Shown here piece after piece: positions 46,661 through 55,931 of a DNA stretch of 64,000 nt. Each line of letters starts with the position of its first letter. The stretch's first letter is position 1. Source of the DNA: Escherichia coli. Lineage in GTDB: Bacteria; Pseudomonadota; Gammaproteobacteria; Enterobacterales; Enterobacteriaceae. The stretch lies in assembly GCF_003334255.1 (NCBI RefSeq), contig NZ_QOWU01000021.1. One strand, 5' to 3'. The translations under genes and the position numbers were made by a program. The notes beneath the pieces were generated by a model. It searched no databases. It saw only the letters and a program-made list of their open reading frames with translations, and was not told the origin of the DNA.

Positions 46661-47431
46661 GTGAAAAGTATAGTTGACCCATCGGCATTAGTCATTGATT
46701 TAGGTGCGCAGAAACGTCCCACTGTGATTTCTGTTGTTGGTGCTGGGGGGAAAACCAGCTTGCTTTTTTGGCTGGCAGAACTGCTCCAGGCTAGCGGCAG
46801 GCGTGTGTTAATCACGACGACGACACATATGTTTATGCCAACGTCTCACTGGCCCGTGGTTTTCTGTCGTGATCCCGCCATGCTTCCTCATGCGTCTCTT
46901 ACATCCCCCATTTCATTTTGTTTTCACAGCTGGAAAGCGAACCAGGGAAAAGTGCAGGGATTTACGCCAGAAGCGATTGATGCACTGGTGCAACGACCAG
47001 AGTGTGACGTAATTCTCATTGAAGCAGATGGCTCGCGTGGAATGCCGTTAAAAGCGCCTGATGAGCACGAACCTTGCATACCCAAAAGCAGTTGCTGCGT
47101 GATTGCTGTGATGGGAGGACATACTTTGGGCGCGAAAGTGAGCACAGAAAATGTCCATCGCTGGTCGCAGTTTGCTGATATTACCGGGTTAACACCTGAT
47201 GCAACCTTGCAACTGAGCGATCTCGTTGCGCTGGTTCGCCACCCTCAGGGGGCGTTTAAAAACGTACCGCAAGGTTGTCGGCGAGTCTGGTTCATTAACC
47301 GTTTTTCTCAATGTGAGAATGCGATTGCACAAAGCGAGCTCCTTCAACCGCTGCAACAACACGACGTAGAGGCAATCTGGCTGGGCGATATACAAGAACA
47401 TCCTGCAATCGCGCGCAGATTTGTGAATTAG
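46661..47431 (+). CDS. yqeC: selenium-dependent molybdenum hydroxylase accessory protein YqeC
   Basis: 256-aa ORF from GTG: (M)KSIVDPSALVIDLGAQKRPTVISVVGAGGKTSLLFWLAE... (P-loop-like GAGGKTS). Confidence 0.85.
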   Translation: MKSIVDPSALVIDLGAQKRPTVISVVGAGGKTSLLFWLAELLQASGRRVLITTTTHMFMPTSHWPVVFCRDPAMLPHASLTSPISFCFHSWKANQGKVQGFTPEAIDALVQRPECDVILIEADGSRGMPLKAPDEHEPCIPKSSCCVIAVMGGHTLGAKVSTENVHRWSQFADITGLTPDATLQLSDLVALVRHPQGAFKNVPQGCRRVWFINRFSQCENAIAQSELLQPLQQHDVEAIWLGDIQEHPAIARRFVN

Positions 47432-47478
47432 CGGCCCGGGTATTCCGGGTTACTGAAAGGATATCCATTGAGGTTGGT

Positions 47479-49104
47479 ATGAATATTTTCACAGAGGCTG
47501 CAAAACTCGAAGAGCAAAATTGTCCGTTTGCTATGGCGCAAATTGTTGATAGCCGAGGCTCGACTCCCCGCCATTCTGCACAAATGTTAGTGCGCGCCGA
47601 TGGTTCTATCGTCGGTACAATTGGTGGCGGAATGGTTGAGCGGAAGGTGATTGAAGAGTCGCTTCAGGCATTGCAGGAACGTAAGCCGCGATTATTCCAT
47701 GGACGTATGGCTCGTAACGGTGCGGATGCTGTCGGGTCAGATTGTGGAGGTGCAATGTCAGTATTTATCAGCGTCCATGGTATGCGTCCACGTCTGGTGT
47801 TGATTGGCGCGGGGCATGTCAACCGGGCGATAGCCCAGAGTGCGGCGCTATTAGGATTTGATATTGCCGTTGCTGATATTTATCGCGAAAGCCTCAATCC
47901 TGAACTATTCCCACCATCAACCACGCTTCTCCATGCTGAGTCGTTTGGTGCGGCAGTGGAAGCACTGGATATTCGCCCTGATAATTTTGTCCTGATTGCC
48001 ACGAATAATCAGGATCGTGAAGCCCTCGACAAACTCATTGAACAGCCCATTGCATGGTTGGGGTTGCTGGCAAGTCGTCGCAAGGTTCAGCTTTTCCTGC
48101 GTCAATTGCGTGAGAAAGGCGTGGCTGAAGAACATATTGCCCGTTTACATGCGCCCGTTGGTTACAACATAGGTGCGGAAACGCCGCAGGAGATCGCCAT
48201 CAGCGTGCTGGCAGAAATATTACAGGTGAAAAATAACGCGCCGGGTGGGCTGATGATGAAACCTTCTCATCCTTCCGGACACCAGCTGGTGGTGATTCGC
48301 GGTGCGGGAGATATCGCCAGTGGTGTGGCGCTACGTCTGTATCATGCGGGTTTTAAAGTGATCATGCTGGAAGTGGAAAAACCGACAGTGATTCGTTGTA
48401 CCGTGGCGTTTGCCCAGGCCGTGTTCGATGGCGAAATGACGGTCGAAGGCGTCACTGCTCGCCTGGCAACCAGCTCTGCGGAAGCGATGAAACTTACCGA
48501 ACGCGGATTCATTCCTGTGATGGTAGATCCCGCCTGTTCATTGCTTGATGAACTGAAACCGCTTTGCGTGGTGGACGCTATTCTGGCGAAACAGAATTTG
48601 GGAACGCGGGCAGATATGGCACCAGTAACAATCGCGCTTGGGCCGGGCTTTACTGCTGGGAAGGATTGTCATGCGGTAATTGAAACAAATCGCGGGCACT
48701 GGCTCGGTCAGGTGATTTACTCTGGTTGTGCGCAGGAGAATACCGGTGTTCCTGGCAATATTATGGGGCATACCACCCGACGGGTGATCCGTGCTCCTGC
48801 TGCAGGCATTATGCGATCCAACGTGAAATTAGGCGATCTGGTGAAAGAGGGCGATGTGATTGCCTGGATTGGTGAGCATGAAATTAAAGCACCGTTGACG
48901 GGGATGGTGCGTGGCTTGTTGAACGACGGCCTGGCAGTGGTTGGTGGTTTTAAAATTGGTGATATCGATCCTCGTGGTGAAACCGCTGATTTCACCAGCG
49001 TTTCTGATAAAGCCCGGGCGATTGGCGGCGGCGTACTTGAGGCGTTAATGATGTTGATGCATCAGGGCGTGAAAGCGACAAAAGAAGTGCTGGAAGTGGC
49101 TTAA
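47479..49104 (+). CDS. yqeB: XdhC/CoxI-family maturation protein YqeB
   Basis: 541-aa ORF MNIFTEAAKLEEQNCPFAMAQIVDSRGSTPRHSAQMLV... Confidence 0.88.
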   Translation: MNIFTEAAKLEEQNCPFAMAQIVDSRGSTPRHSAQMLVRADGSIVGTIGGGMVERKVIEESLQALQERKPRLFHGRMARNGADAVGSDCGGAMSVFISVHGMRPRLVLIGAGHVNRAIAQSAALLGFDIAVADIYRESLNPELFPPSTTLLHAESFGAAVEALDIRPDNFVLIATNNQDREALDKLIEQPIAWLGLLASRRKVQLFLRQLREKGVAEEHIARLHAPVGYNIGAETPQEIAISVLAEILQVKNNAPGGLMMKPSHPSGHQLVVIRGAGDIASGVALRLYHAGFKVIMLEVEKPTVIRCTVAFAQAVFDGEMTVEGVTARLATSSAEAMKLTERGFIPVMVDPACSLLDELKPLCVVDAILAKQNLGTRADMAPVTIALGPGFTAGKDCHAVIETNRGHWLGQVIYSGCAQENTGVPGNIMGHTTRRVIRAPAAGIMRSNVKLGDLVKEGDVIAWIGEHEIKAPLTGMVRGLLNDGLAVVGGFKIGDIDPRGETADFTSVSDKARAIGGGVLEALMMLMHQGVKATKEVLEVA

Positions 49105-49111
49105 ATGAAAA

Positions 49112-49319
49112 TGGCCGGATGGTATTACCCACCCGGCCTGAGACTGATGACAAACGCCAAATTGCCTGATGCGCTACGCTTATCAGGCCTACAAGTGCAT
49201 TGCAATCTATTGAATTTGCGATGTTTTGTAGGACGGATAAGGCGCTCGCGCCGCATCCGGCATCAACAAAGCGCACTTACTTGACAATCTTTGGCCGGAT
49301 GGTATTACCCACCCGGCCT
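49112..49319. repeat. two REP elements bracketed by a perfect 28-bp direct repeat (tggccggatggtattacccacccggcct)
   Basis: direct repeat copies at 49112-49139 and 49292-49319; REPs gcctgatgcgctacgcttatcaggcctac (49164-49192) and gtaggacggataaggcgctcgcgccgcatccggca (49228-49262). Confidence 0.8.
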
Positions 49320-49324
49320 TTAAA

Positions 49325-50257
49325 TTACTGACAAATCACCGTTCCTGTTTTGCCTTCAATCCCTTCTTTCGCTTTGCTCAATACGGTAATCAGTGCTTCA
49401 CGACCTGCGCGAGAGCGAGCAAACGAGGCGGCAGCTTCCACTTTAGGCAGCATAGAACCTTTCGCAAAATGACCTTCTTCGATAAAGCGTTCAGCATCAC
49501 TTAATGACAGGCGATCGAGCCACTGTTCATTCTCTTTACCGAAGTTAATGGCCACTTTTTCTACCGCAGTCAGAATGATCAGCATATCGGCATCAATCAT
49601 TTCTGCTAAACGGGCGCTGGCCCAGTCTTTATCGATAACCGCGCTGGCACCACGCAGATGGTTACCTTCACGAATAACAGGGATACCACCACCGCCAACG
49701 GTGATCACCACCTGACCTGCATCTACCAGAGCTTTAACCGTTTCTTTTTCAATGATATCAACCGGTTTTGGCGAGGCAACAACACGGCGATAGCCGCGAC
49801 CAGCATCTTCTTTCAGAGTGTAACCCTGTTTTGTCAGTTGCTCTGCTTCTTGCTCGGTAAAGAACGAACCGATCGGCTTGGTCGGGTTGAGGAATGCCGG
49901 ATCGTTAGCGTCGACTTCGACCTGAGTAACCAGCGTTGCTACAGGTTTATTAATGCCCCGAGAAAGCAGTTCTTCTCTTAAAGCGTTTTGTAGATCGTAA
50001 CCAATATAACCCTGGCTTAATGCAACACAGACAGACATCGGCAGCATTGGCGAGTGCGCTTCAGTTTTTGCGGCAGCTTCAAAGGCCTGGTTAATCATGC
50101 CCACCTGCGGCCCGTTACCATGAGTGACGATAACTTCATGTCCCTGGGCAATTAAATCAACAATTGCCTGAGAAGTAATTTTTACCGCTTTCATTTGCCC
50201 GGCCAGGTCATCGCCCAGCGCATTCCCGCCCAGGGCGAGAACAATTTTCTTACTCAT
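49325..50257 (-). CDS. yqeA: carbamate kinase-like protein YqeA
   Basis: 310-aa ORF MSKKIVLALGGNALGDDLAGQMKAVKITSQAIVDLIAQGHEVIVTHGNGPQVG... Confidence 0.9.
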   Translation of the reverse strand: MSKKIVLALGGNALGDDLAGQMKAVKITSQAIVDLIAQGHEVIVTHGNGPQVGMINQAFEAAAKTEAHSPMLPMSVCVALSQGYIGYDLQNALREELLSRGINKPVATLVTQVEVDANDPAFLNPTKPIGSFFTEQEAEQLTKQGYTLKEDAGRGYRRVVASPKPVDIIEKETVKALVDAGQVVITVGGGGIPVIREGNHLRGASAVIDKDWASARLAEMIDADMLIILTAVEKVAINFGKENEQWLDRLSLSDAERFIEEGHFAKGSMLPKVEAAASFARSRAGREALITVLSKAKEGIEGKTGTVICQ

Positions 50258-50304
50258 TTTTCCTCACTCATCATTCTTGATTGTGTATAGATCCCTGGCA
50301 GTGG

Positions 50305-51690
50305 TTAGAGCACGGGAGGGACAAACGGTTTGCGTCGCAGGAAACGACCTCGCCCGGCTTTGCCTGTAAAGGTGCCGTCACAGAAAATCGTTTCACCACG
50401 GGATAAGGTTCTGACAATCGCGCCCTGACAGGTAAAACCCTCCCATGGCGAGTAGTCGGCGTTGTCGTGGAGATGGCGATGCTGAATTTGTTGGCTCTGA
50501 CGTGGGTCGATAATCACCACGTCGCCGTCGGAACCGGGCGCTAATAATCCTTTTTGCGGCCACAGGCCAAACAACCTGGCGGGCATTGCGCTGGTTAATT
50601 CAACAAAGCGTTCCGGTGTTATACGTCCCGTCATCACGCCACTGGAAAACAGTAACTGCATGCGGTTTTCCACACCGGGTAAGCCATTTGGGCAGCGACT
50701 GAAATCGCCTTTAGAAATTTGCAGGCGTTGAGCCATCGAGAAGGTGCAGTGATCGGTTGCCACCACGTCAATCGCACCATCGCTGATGCCACACCACAGT
50801 TTGTCCTGCTCGCGTACGTTACGCAGCGGTGGGCTAAGAATGAACTTCATGCCATCTTCTGTATCGTAACTGCGTTCGTCCAACAGGAGATATTGTGGGC
50901 AGGTTTCAACCCAGACTGGCTGGTGATTCGCACGGGCAAGACGCAGATAATCCAGACCTAAGCCGTTAGACAGGTGCACGATATAGAGCGGGGCGTTACC
51001 GGCAATTTGTGCCAGGTTAATCATGCGGGCGATGGCTTCCGCTTCGCATTCCAGAGGGCGACTCAAGGCATGATAGCGCGGCGCGGTTAACCCTGCGGCG
51101 ATAAATTCCGCCCGCTTGCTGGCGATAGCCGCATCATTTTCCGGGTGCACGGTGGTCAGCGCGCCGGATTCATGCAAGCGGCGTAATGCCTGCAAAACCT
51201 CGTCATCGTTGAGTTTGTATTGATAGGTTAAATAGAGTTTAAAACTGCTCAGTCCTTCCTCGACCATCATCGGGATTTCGTCGAGGATTGCGTGATTAAT
51301 GTGCTGGATCACACCGTGAAAGCTGTAATCGATGACCGCTTTATGGGCGGCATAACCACGATAAACCTCCAGTTGATGGCGTAACCGACAGCCGTTTGGG
51401 CCAAATCCCATATGGTCAATAATGGTTGTTGTACCGCCACACGCAGCTGCGCGGGTACCGGTAAAAAAATCATCACAACTGCGCGCGATGCCGACATCAA
51501 TATTGAAATGCGTATGGACATCCACGCCGCCAGGGAAAACGTAACAGCCAGTGGCATCAATTTCTTCATACGGGAGCTGCGGCGAAATATTGTTGCCCAA
51601 CTGGCGAACAATCCCGCTTTCAATCAGCAAATCCTGTTTGGCTTGTCCATCTGCGTTAACGACAGTGCCGTTTTTGATCAATACGCGCAT
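50305..51690 (-). CDS. hyuA: D-phenylhydantoinase / dihydropyrimidinase-like cyclic amidohydrolase HyuA (YgeZ)
   Basis: ORF 50305..51702 trimmed to ATG 51690 (461 aa): MRVLIKNGTVVNADGQAKQDLLIESGIV...; HxH motif (DVHTHF). Confidence 0.9.
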   Translation of the reverse strand: MRVLIKNGTVVNADGQAKQDLLIESGIVRQLGNNISPQLPYEEIDATGCYVFPGGVDVHTHFNIDVGIARSCDDFFTGTRAAACGGTTTIIDHMGFGPNGCRLRHQLEVYRGYAAHKAVIDYSFHGVIQHINHAILDEIPMMVEEGLSSFKLYLTYQYKLNDDEVLQALRRLHESGALTTVHPENDAAIASKRAEFIAAGLTAPRYHALSRPLECEAEAIARMINLAQIAGNAPLYIVHLSNGLGLDYLRLARANHQPVWVETCPQYLLLDERSYDTEDGMKFILSPPLRNVREQDKLWCGISDGAIDVVATDHCTFSMAQRLQISKGDFSRCPNGLPGVENRMQLLFSSGVMTGRITPERFVELTSAMPARLFGLWPQKGLLAPGSDGDVVIIDPRQSQQIQHRHLHDNADYSPWEGFTCQGAIVRTLSRGETIFCDGTFTGKAGRGRFLRRKPFVPPVL

Positions 51691-51705
51691 AGCAAACTCC
51701 AAAAA

Positions 51706-51725
51706 CCCTCCGGCGAACCGGAGGG
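51706..51725 (-). terminator. candidate intrinsic terminator/attenuator between ygeY and hyuA
   Basis: ccctccgg-cgaa-ccggaggg stem-loop followed on minus strand by TTTTT. Confidence 0.5.
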
Positions 51726-51742
51726 GAATAAGTGAAGAGTAA

Positions 51743-52954
51743 TTACTCTGTTGCCAGCCAGCTTAACGGGATTGCAGCGTACATCGCGGCACAGGTCACC
51801 AGGTGAGATTTCCAGGTTTTTTCGTTAGGTGCATGCGCTTCAGGTTCTTTACCCGGGCCAAAGCCGATCACCGGAATGCCGTGACGGCCCATGATAGATA
51901 CGCCGTTAGTTGAGAAGGTCCACTTATCAACAACCGGCGCTTTGCCAAACAGCCCTTCGTAGGCATTCACCAGTGCTTTAACGGTGAAGTGATCTTCTTC
52001 CACTTTCCAGGTCGGGAAGTAGCATTCGGTTGGGTAAACCAGGCCAGTCCAGGACGGACGGTCGTAGTTGTACATAGAAACAACCGCGTTAGCTTTCTGT
52101 ACTGCAGGCAGGGCGCGGATTTCGTCCAGCGCGCCTTCCCAGGTTTCGCCCCAGGTCAGACGACGGTCGATTGAAACTGCGCAGCTGTCTGCTACAGCGC
52201 AACGGCTTGGGGATGTGAAGAAGATTTCAGAAACGGTGAGGGTGCCTTTGCCGAGGAATTCGTCATAACCCAGACGTTGGGAGAGTTCTTGTAATTCGCC
52301 AAGAATCGGACCCATTTTGAAAATGGCGTTATCACCGCGTTCTGGTGCAGAACCGTGGCAGCTAACACCCTGAACATCAATACGAATTTCCATACGACCG
52401 CGCTGACCACGGTATACCTGGCAGTCGGTTGGTTCGGTACTGACCACAAATTCCGGGCGAATGCCGGATTGTTCAATAATGTACTGCCAGCACAGACCGT
52501 CGCAGTCTTCTTCCTGCACCGTACCGGTAACCAGCAGGGTATATTCATCTTCCAGACCGAGGTCTTTAATGATTTTACCGGCATAAACCATAGAGGCCAT
52601 GCCACCTTCCTGGTCGGAAGTACCGCGACCACCAATCAGTTCATCAGTTTCCATGCCTTCGTACGGATCGAAGTCCCAGTTTTTGATGTTGCCAATGCCG
52701 ACGGTATCGATATGAGCGTCCATTGCCACCAGACGCGGGCCGTGGCCGATATAACCGAGAACGTTGCCCATCGGGTCGATTTCAACTTTATCGAAGCCGA
52801 CTTTTTCCATCTCTTCTTTAATACGATGTACTACGCGTTTCTCGTCGCAGCTTTCACTGGGAATAGCAACCATGTCGCGCAGGAAGCGAGTCATATCCGC
52901 CTGGTAATCTTTTGCTTTTTCAAGAATCAGTTTGAATGGAATATTCTTAGCCAT
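51743..52954 (-). CDS. ygeY: M20-family peptidase/deacylase-like protein YgeY
   Basis: 403-aa [43 protein letters not shown]... Confidence 0.9.
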
Positions 52955-53011
52955 TATTTTTCTCCAGATTTTTTACTCCCCGTTTTGCAGGGAGCAGTTC
53001 CAATAGGGTGA

Positions 53012-54208
53012 TTAAGGTGCTACAGCGTGTTTGCCTTCCCAGACAACTTCGCGGTAGTGCTTCACGTCGGTGTCGCCTTCAGTGCTGATAACCAGCACCA
53101 CGGCATCTTTGTTCAGCGCCAGTTTTTCCATCAGGCTTTGACGTTGCGGGTGATAATGAACCGCTGCGAGAACGCCCAAACCGACAGCGCCGGATTCACC
53201 GGAGATGATGCGCGGGTCGTTGCCGTACGGATTACCCAGCACGCGCATACCTAATGCGGCAACGCTGTCCTGGCAGGAGATGAATTGGGTGGCGCAGTTA
53301 CGTAGGATTTCCCAGCCCAGCGGGTTAGGTTCGCCACAGGCCAGGCCTGCCATGATGGTGGCCATATCACCGCCAACGTTGACGATGTCGCCTTTGACGC
53401 TGGAGCGATAAATACAGTCAGCTTTGTCAGGTTCAACAATAATGCTGTGCAGATTTTGCGGGCTATAGACGTCGACCAGATAACCCAGCACACCACCGGC
53501 CATTGCTCCGACACCGGCTTGCAGCAGAACGTGCGTCGGGGTTACGCCCATTTCACGCATTTGCTCGACGGCTTCATCTGCCAGGGTTGCGTAGCCTTGC
53601 ATGATCCAGGTTGGGATTTTGGTGTAACCTTCCCATGCCGTGTCCTGTACCACTTCCCAGCCGTGCTGCTGCGCGTGTTGCATGGTCAGGCGAACGGTAT
53701 CGTCATAGTTCATATCCGTGACGATGCACTCGGCACCGAGGTTCAGAATGGCGTCAACGCGTTCCTGAGCAGAACCTTTCGGCATGTAAATCACCGCATT
53801 CTGTCCGAGTTGCTGTGCTGCCCACGCCACACCGCGCCCGTGGTTGCCGTCGGTGGTGGTCGCGAAAGTCATTTTTTCGCCGATGGCATTTTTCAGGTGC
53901 TCAAATGACAGCGTTTCGATATCAAGATGATATTTTTCACACAATAATTGAGCGATGGCGTACGCACCGCCAAGCATTTTGAAGGCGTTCAGACCGAATC
54001 GTTTTGATTCGTCTTTGACGAGAATTTTCTTCACACCAAAAAGGTTTGCGAGATCGTCCAGCGCACAAAGCGGTGTTGGGCGATAACCAGCTATTTTCTG
54101 GTGGAACTGGCGCGCCAGTTTGGCCTGGCTTTGCGAAAAGAGCGGTGATGTTTCGCCGTTGAAAAATTTGTTATCGGCGATATCAATCTTCAATGAGAAA
54201 ACGGACAT
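53012..54208 (-). CDS. dpaL: 2,3-diaminopropionate ammonia-lyase (PLP-dependent), YgeX
   Basis: 398-aa ORF MSVFSLKIDIADNKFFNGETSPLFSQSQAKLARQFHQKIAGYRPTPLCAL... Confidence 0.9.
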   Translation of the reverse strand: MSVFSLKIDIADNKFFNGETSPLFSQSQAKLARQFHQKIAGYRPTPLCALDDLANLFGVKKILVKDESKRFGLNAFKMLGGAYAIAQLLCEKYHLDIETLSFEHLKNAIGEKMTFATTTDGNHGRGVAWAAQQLGQNAVIYMPKGSAQERVDAILNLGAECIVTDMNYDDTVRLTMQHAQQHGWEVVQDTAWEGYTKIPTWIMQGYATLADEAVEQMREMGVTPTHVLLQAGVGAMAGGVLGYLVDVYSPQNLHSIIVEPDKADCIYRSSVKGDIVNVGGDMATIMAGLACGEPNPLGWEILRNCATQFISCQDSVAALGMRVLGNPYGNDPRIISGESGAVGLGVLAAVHYHPQRQSLMEKLALNKDAVVLVISTEGDTDVKHYREVVWEGKHAVAP

Positions 54209-54265
54209 ATCCTATCCTTTTGGCCTCTGGAAATAGAGGGCCGACCAGCTGATCGGCCCGAGGGG

Positions 54266-55456
54266 TTATTTCACGCGTTCTTGCGCTTCTTTCAGCAGTT
54301 GCTCGAGCAGTGCACCTGGTTTGGCGTATTTACGGGACAGGATCATCGCGGCGATGATATAAGGCTTCCAGCTGGCTTCTTTGTAGGTAGCGATACGGTA
54401 TTTTTCGAATACGCCTTCAGTCACTTCACCTTCTTTACAGGATACGCCGCTGATATCAGCTGGCAGGCAGTGCATGTACAGGGCTTCGCCATCACGGGTC
54501 AGTTCCATCATCTCTTCAGTACAATGCCAGTCTTTGTGTTGCGCGTTCTGTGCCAGACACTGTTTTTCCAGTGCTTTTAAGCCTTCGTGATCGTTCGCAC
54601 GCAGCAATTCAGTACGCTCTTCCATCACTTTGTAAGGTGCCCATGACTTCGGATAAACGATGTCTGCGTCTTTGAAGGCTTCTTCCATGCTGGTGACCTG
54701 ACGGAAGCTACCACCGGAGGCTTTAGCATTGTTTTTCGCCACTTCAACCACATCCGGGATCAGGTCGTAGCCTTCCGGATGGGCCAGGGTGACATCCATA
54801 CCGAAGCGAGTCATCAGACCGATGATGCCTTGTGGTACAGAGAGCGGTTTGCCATAGCTTGGAGAGTAGGCCCAGGTCATGGCGATTTTTTTACCTTTCA
54901 GGTTTTCCAGTGAACCAAAGTGTTCACGTAACCACGCGAGGTCAGCCATTGACTGAGTCGGGTGGTCAATATCGCATTGCAGGTTCACTAAAGCCGGACG
55001 CTGTGGCAGTACACCCTGCTTGTAACCGTCATCAAGTGCAGCGCCAACTTCACGCATATAGGCGTTGCCTGCGCCCAGATACATATCGTCGCGAATACCA
55101 ATAGCGTCGGCGCAGAAGGAGATCATATTGGCGGTTTCACGCACGGTTTCGCCGTGAGCGATTTGTGATTTGCCTTCGTCGAGATCTTGTTGTGCAAGGC
55201 CGAGCAGGTTAAGCGCGGAAGCATAAGAGAAGCGGGTACGGGTGGAGTTGTCGCGGAATACGGAAATACCTAATCCACTATTAAAGACTTTGGTTGAGAT
55301 GTTTTCAGCACGCAGTGCTTTTAATGCTGCGGCAACGTCCAGTACTTGTTTCAGTTCATCTGGCGTCTGTTCCCACGTTAACAAAAAATCTTTCTCGTGA
55401 AGGTGAGAGGTCAGCGAATTGATATCCTTAATCAGCTCATTAACAGTTTTCATCAT
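54266..55456 (-). CDS. ygeW: carbamoyltransferase-like protein YgeW (ATCase/OTCase fold)
   Basis: 396-aa ORF MMKTVNELIKDINSLTSHLHEKDFLLTWEQTPDELKQV...; STRTR carbamoyl-phosphate-binding motif. Confidence 0.9.
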   Translation of the reverse strand: MMKTVNELIKDINSLTSHLHEKDFLLTWEQTPDELKQVLDVAAALKALRAENISTKVFNSGLGISVFRDNSTRTRFSYASALNLLGLAQQDLDEGKSQIAHGETVRETANMISFCADAIGIRDDMYLGAGNAYMREVGAALDDGYKQGVLPQRPALVNLQCDIDHPTQSMADLAWLREHFGSLENLKGKKIAMTWAYSPSYGKPLSVPQGIIGLMTRFGMDVTLAHPEGYDLIPDVVEVAKNNAKASGGSFRQVTSMEEAFKDADIVYPKSWAPYKVMEERTELLRANDHEGLKALEKQCLAQNAQHKDWHCTEEMMELTRDGEALYMHCLPADISGVSCKEGEVTEGVFEKYRIATYKEASWKPYIIAAMILSRKYAKPGALLEQLLKEAQERVK

Positions 55457-55546
55457 AAAGTCCCGGTAGTGGAATGACAGGCAAAGTGGTTTATTTCACT
55501 GTGACTTGCCAAAGTGATTGGTGTTTTCACAGCTATACCTGGGACT

Positions 55547-55563
55547 AACAATAAGTGTGCCAG
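55547..55563 (-). promoter_or_regulatory. candidate sigma-54 promoter upstream of ygeW: TGGCACA-N4-TTGTT
   Basis: minus-strand TGGCAC (plus gtgcca 55557-55562), 5-nt spacer, TTGT (plus 55548-55551); -12 has GT instead of GC; about 90 bp upstream of ygeW ATG. Confidence 0.25.
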
Positions 55564-55931
55564 AATTATCCGCGCGGCTGCAAAAGACTAATTTGACGGA
55601 TAATGTGTGGGGTTGATCACAAATTGATGCCAGCTTCTGGTTGTTTGTAAAATACGAAAACGTTTGGCTTTTTTTATCGCGTTATTTATTTGCTGCTAAG
55701 TATCAGAAATAAGATAAAGGGGCAGGCTATCTCTCTTCAGTTTGATAAACTCACCGCCGTAATTCTCATATTGATATAGAAATGTGATATCTCTTCCATA
55801 ATTTCATTAGAAAATGATAAAAATCTTATGTTTTTATCAAAGCCAATTTCGCCTGAGTTAATATCATCATGATCTGTGAACCATCAACGTCTTCAATGAT
55901 CGACTTTTAAGTAAGTCTGGAAGGTAAAGCT

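Noticed and set aside
54222-54259. Tandem hairpins between ygeW and ygeX as a terminator
   Set aside because: Neither strand has a U-run following the stems; more likely an mRNA structure within a co-transcribed operon.
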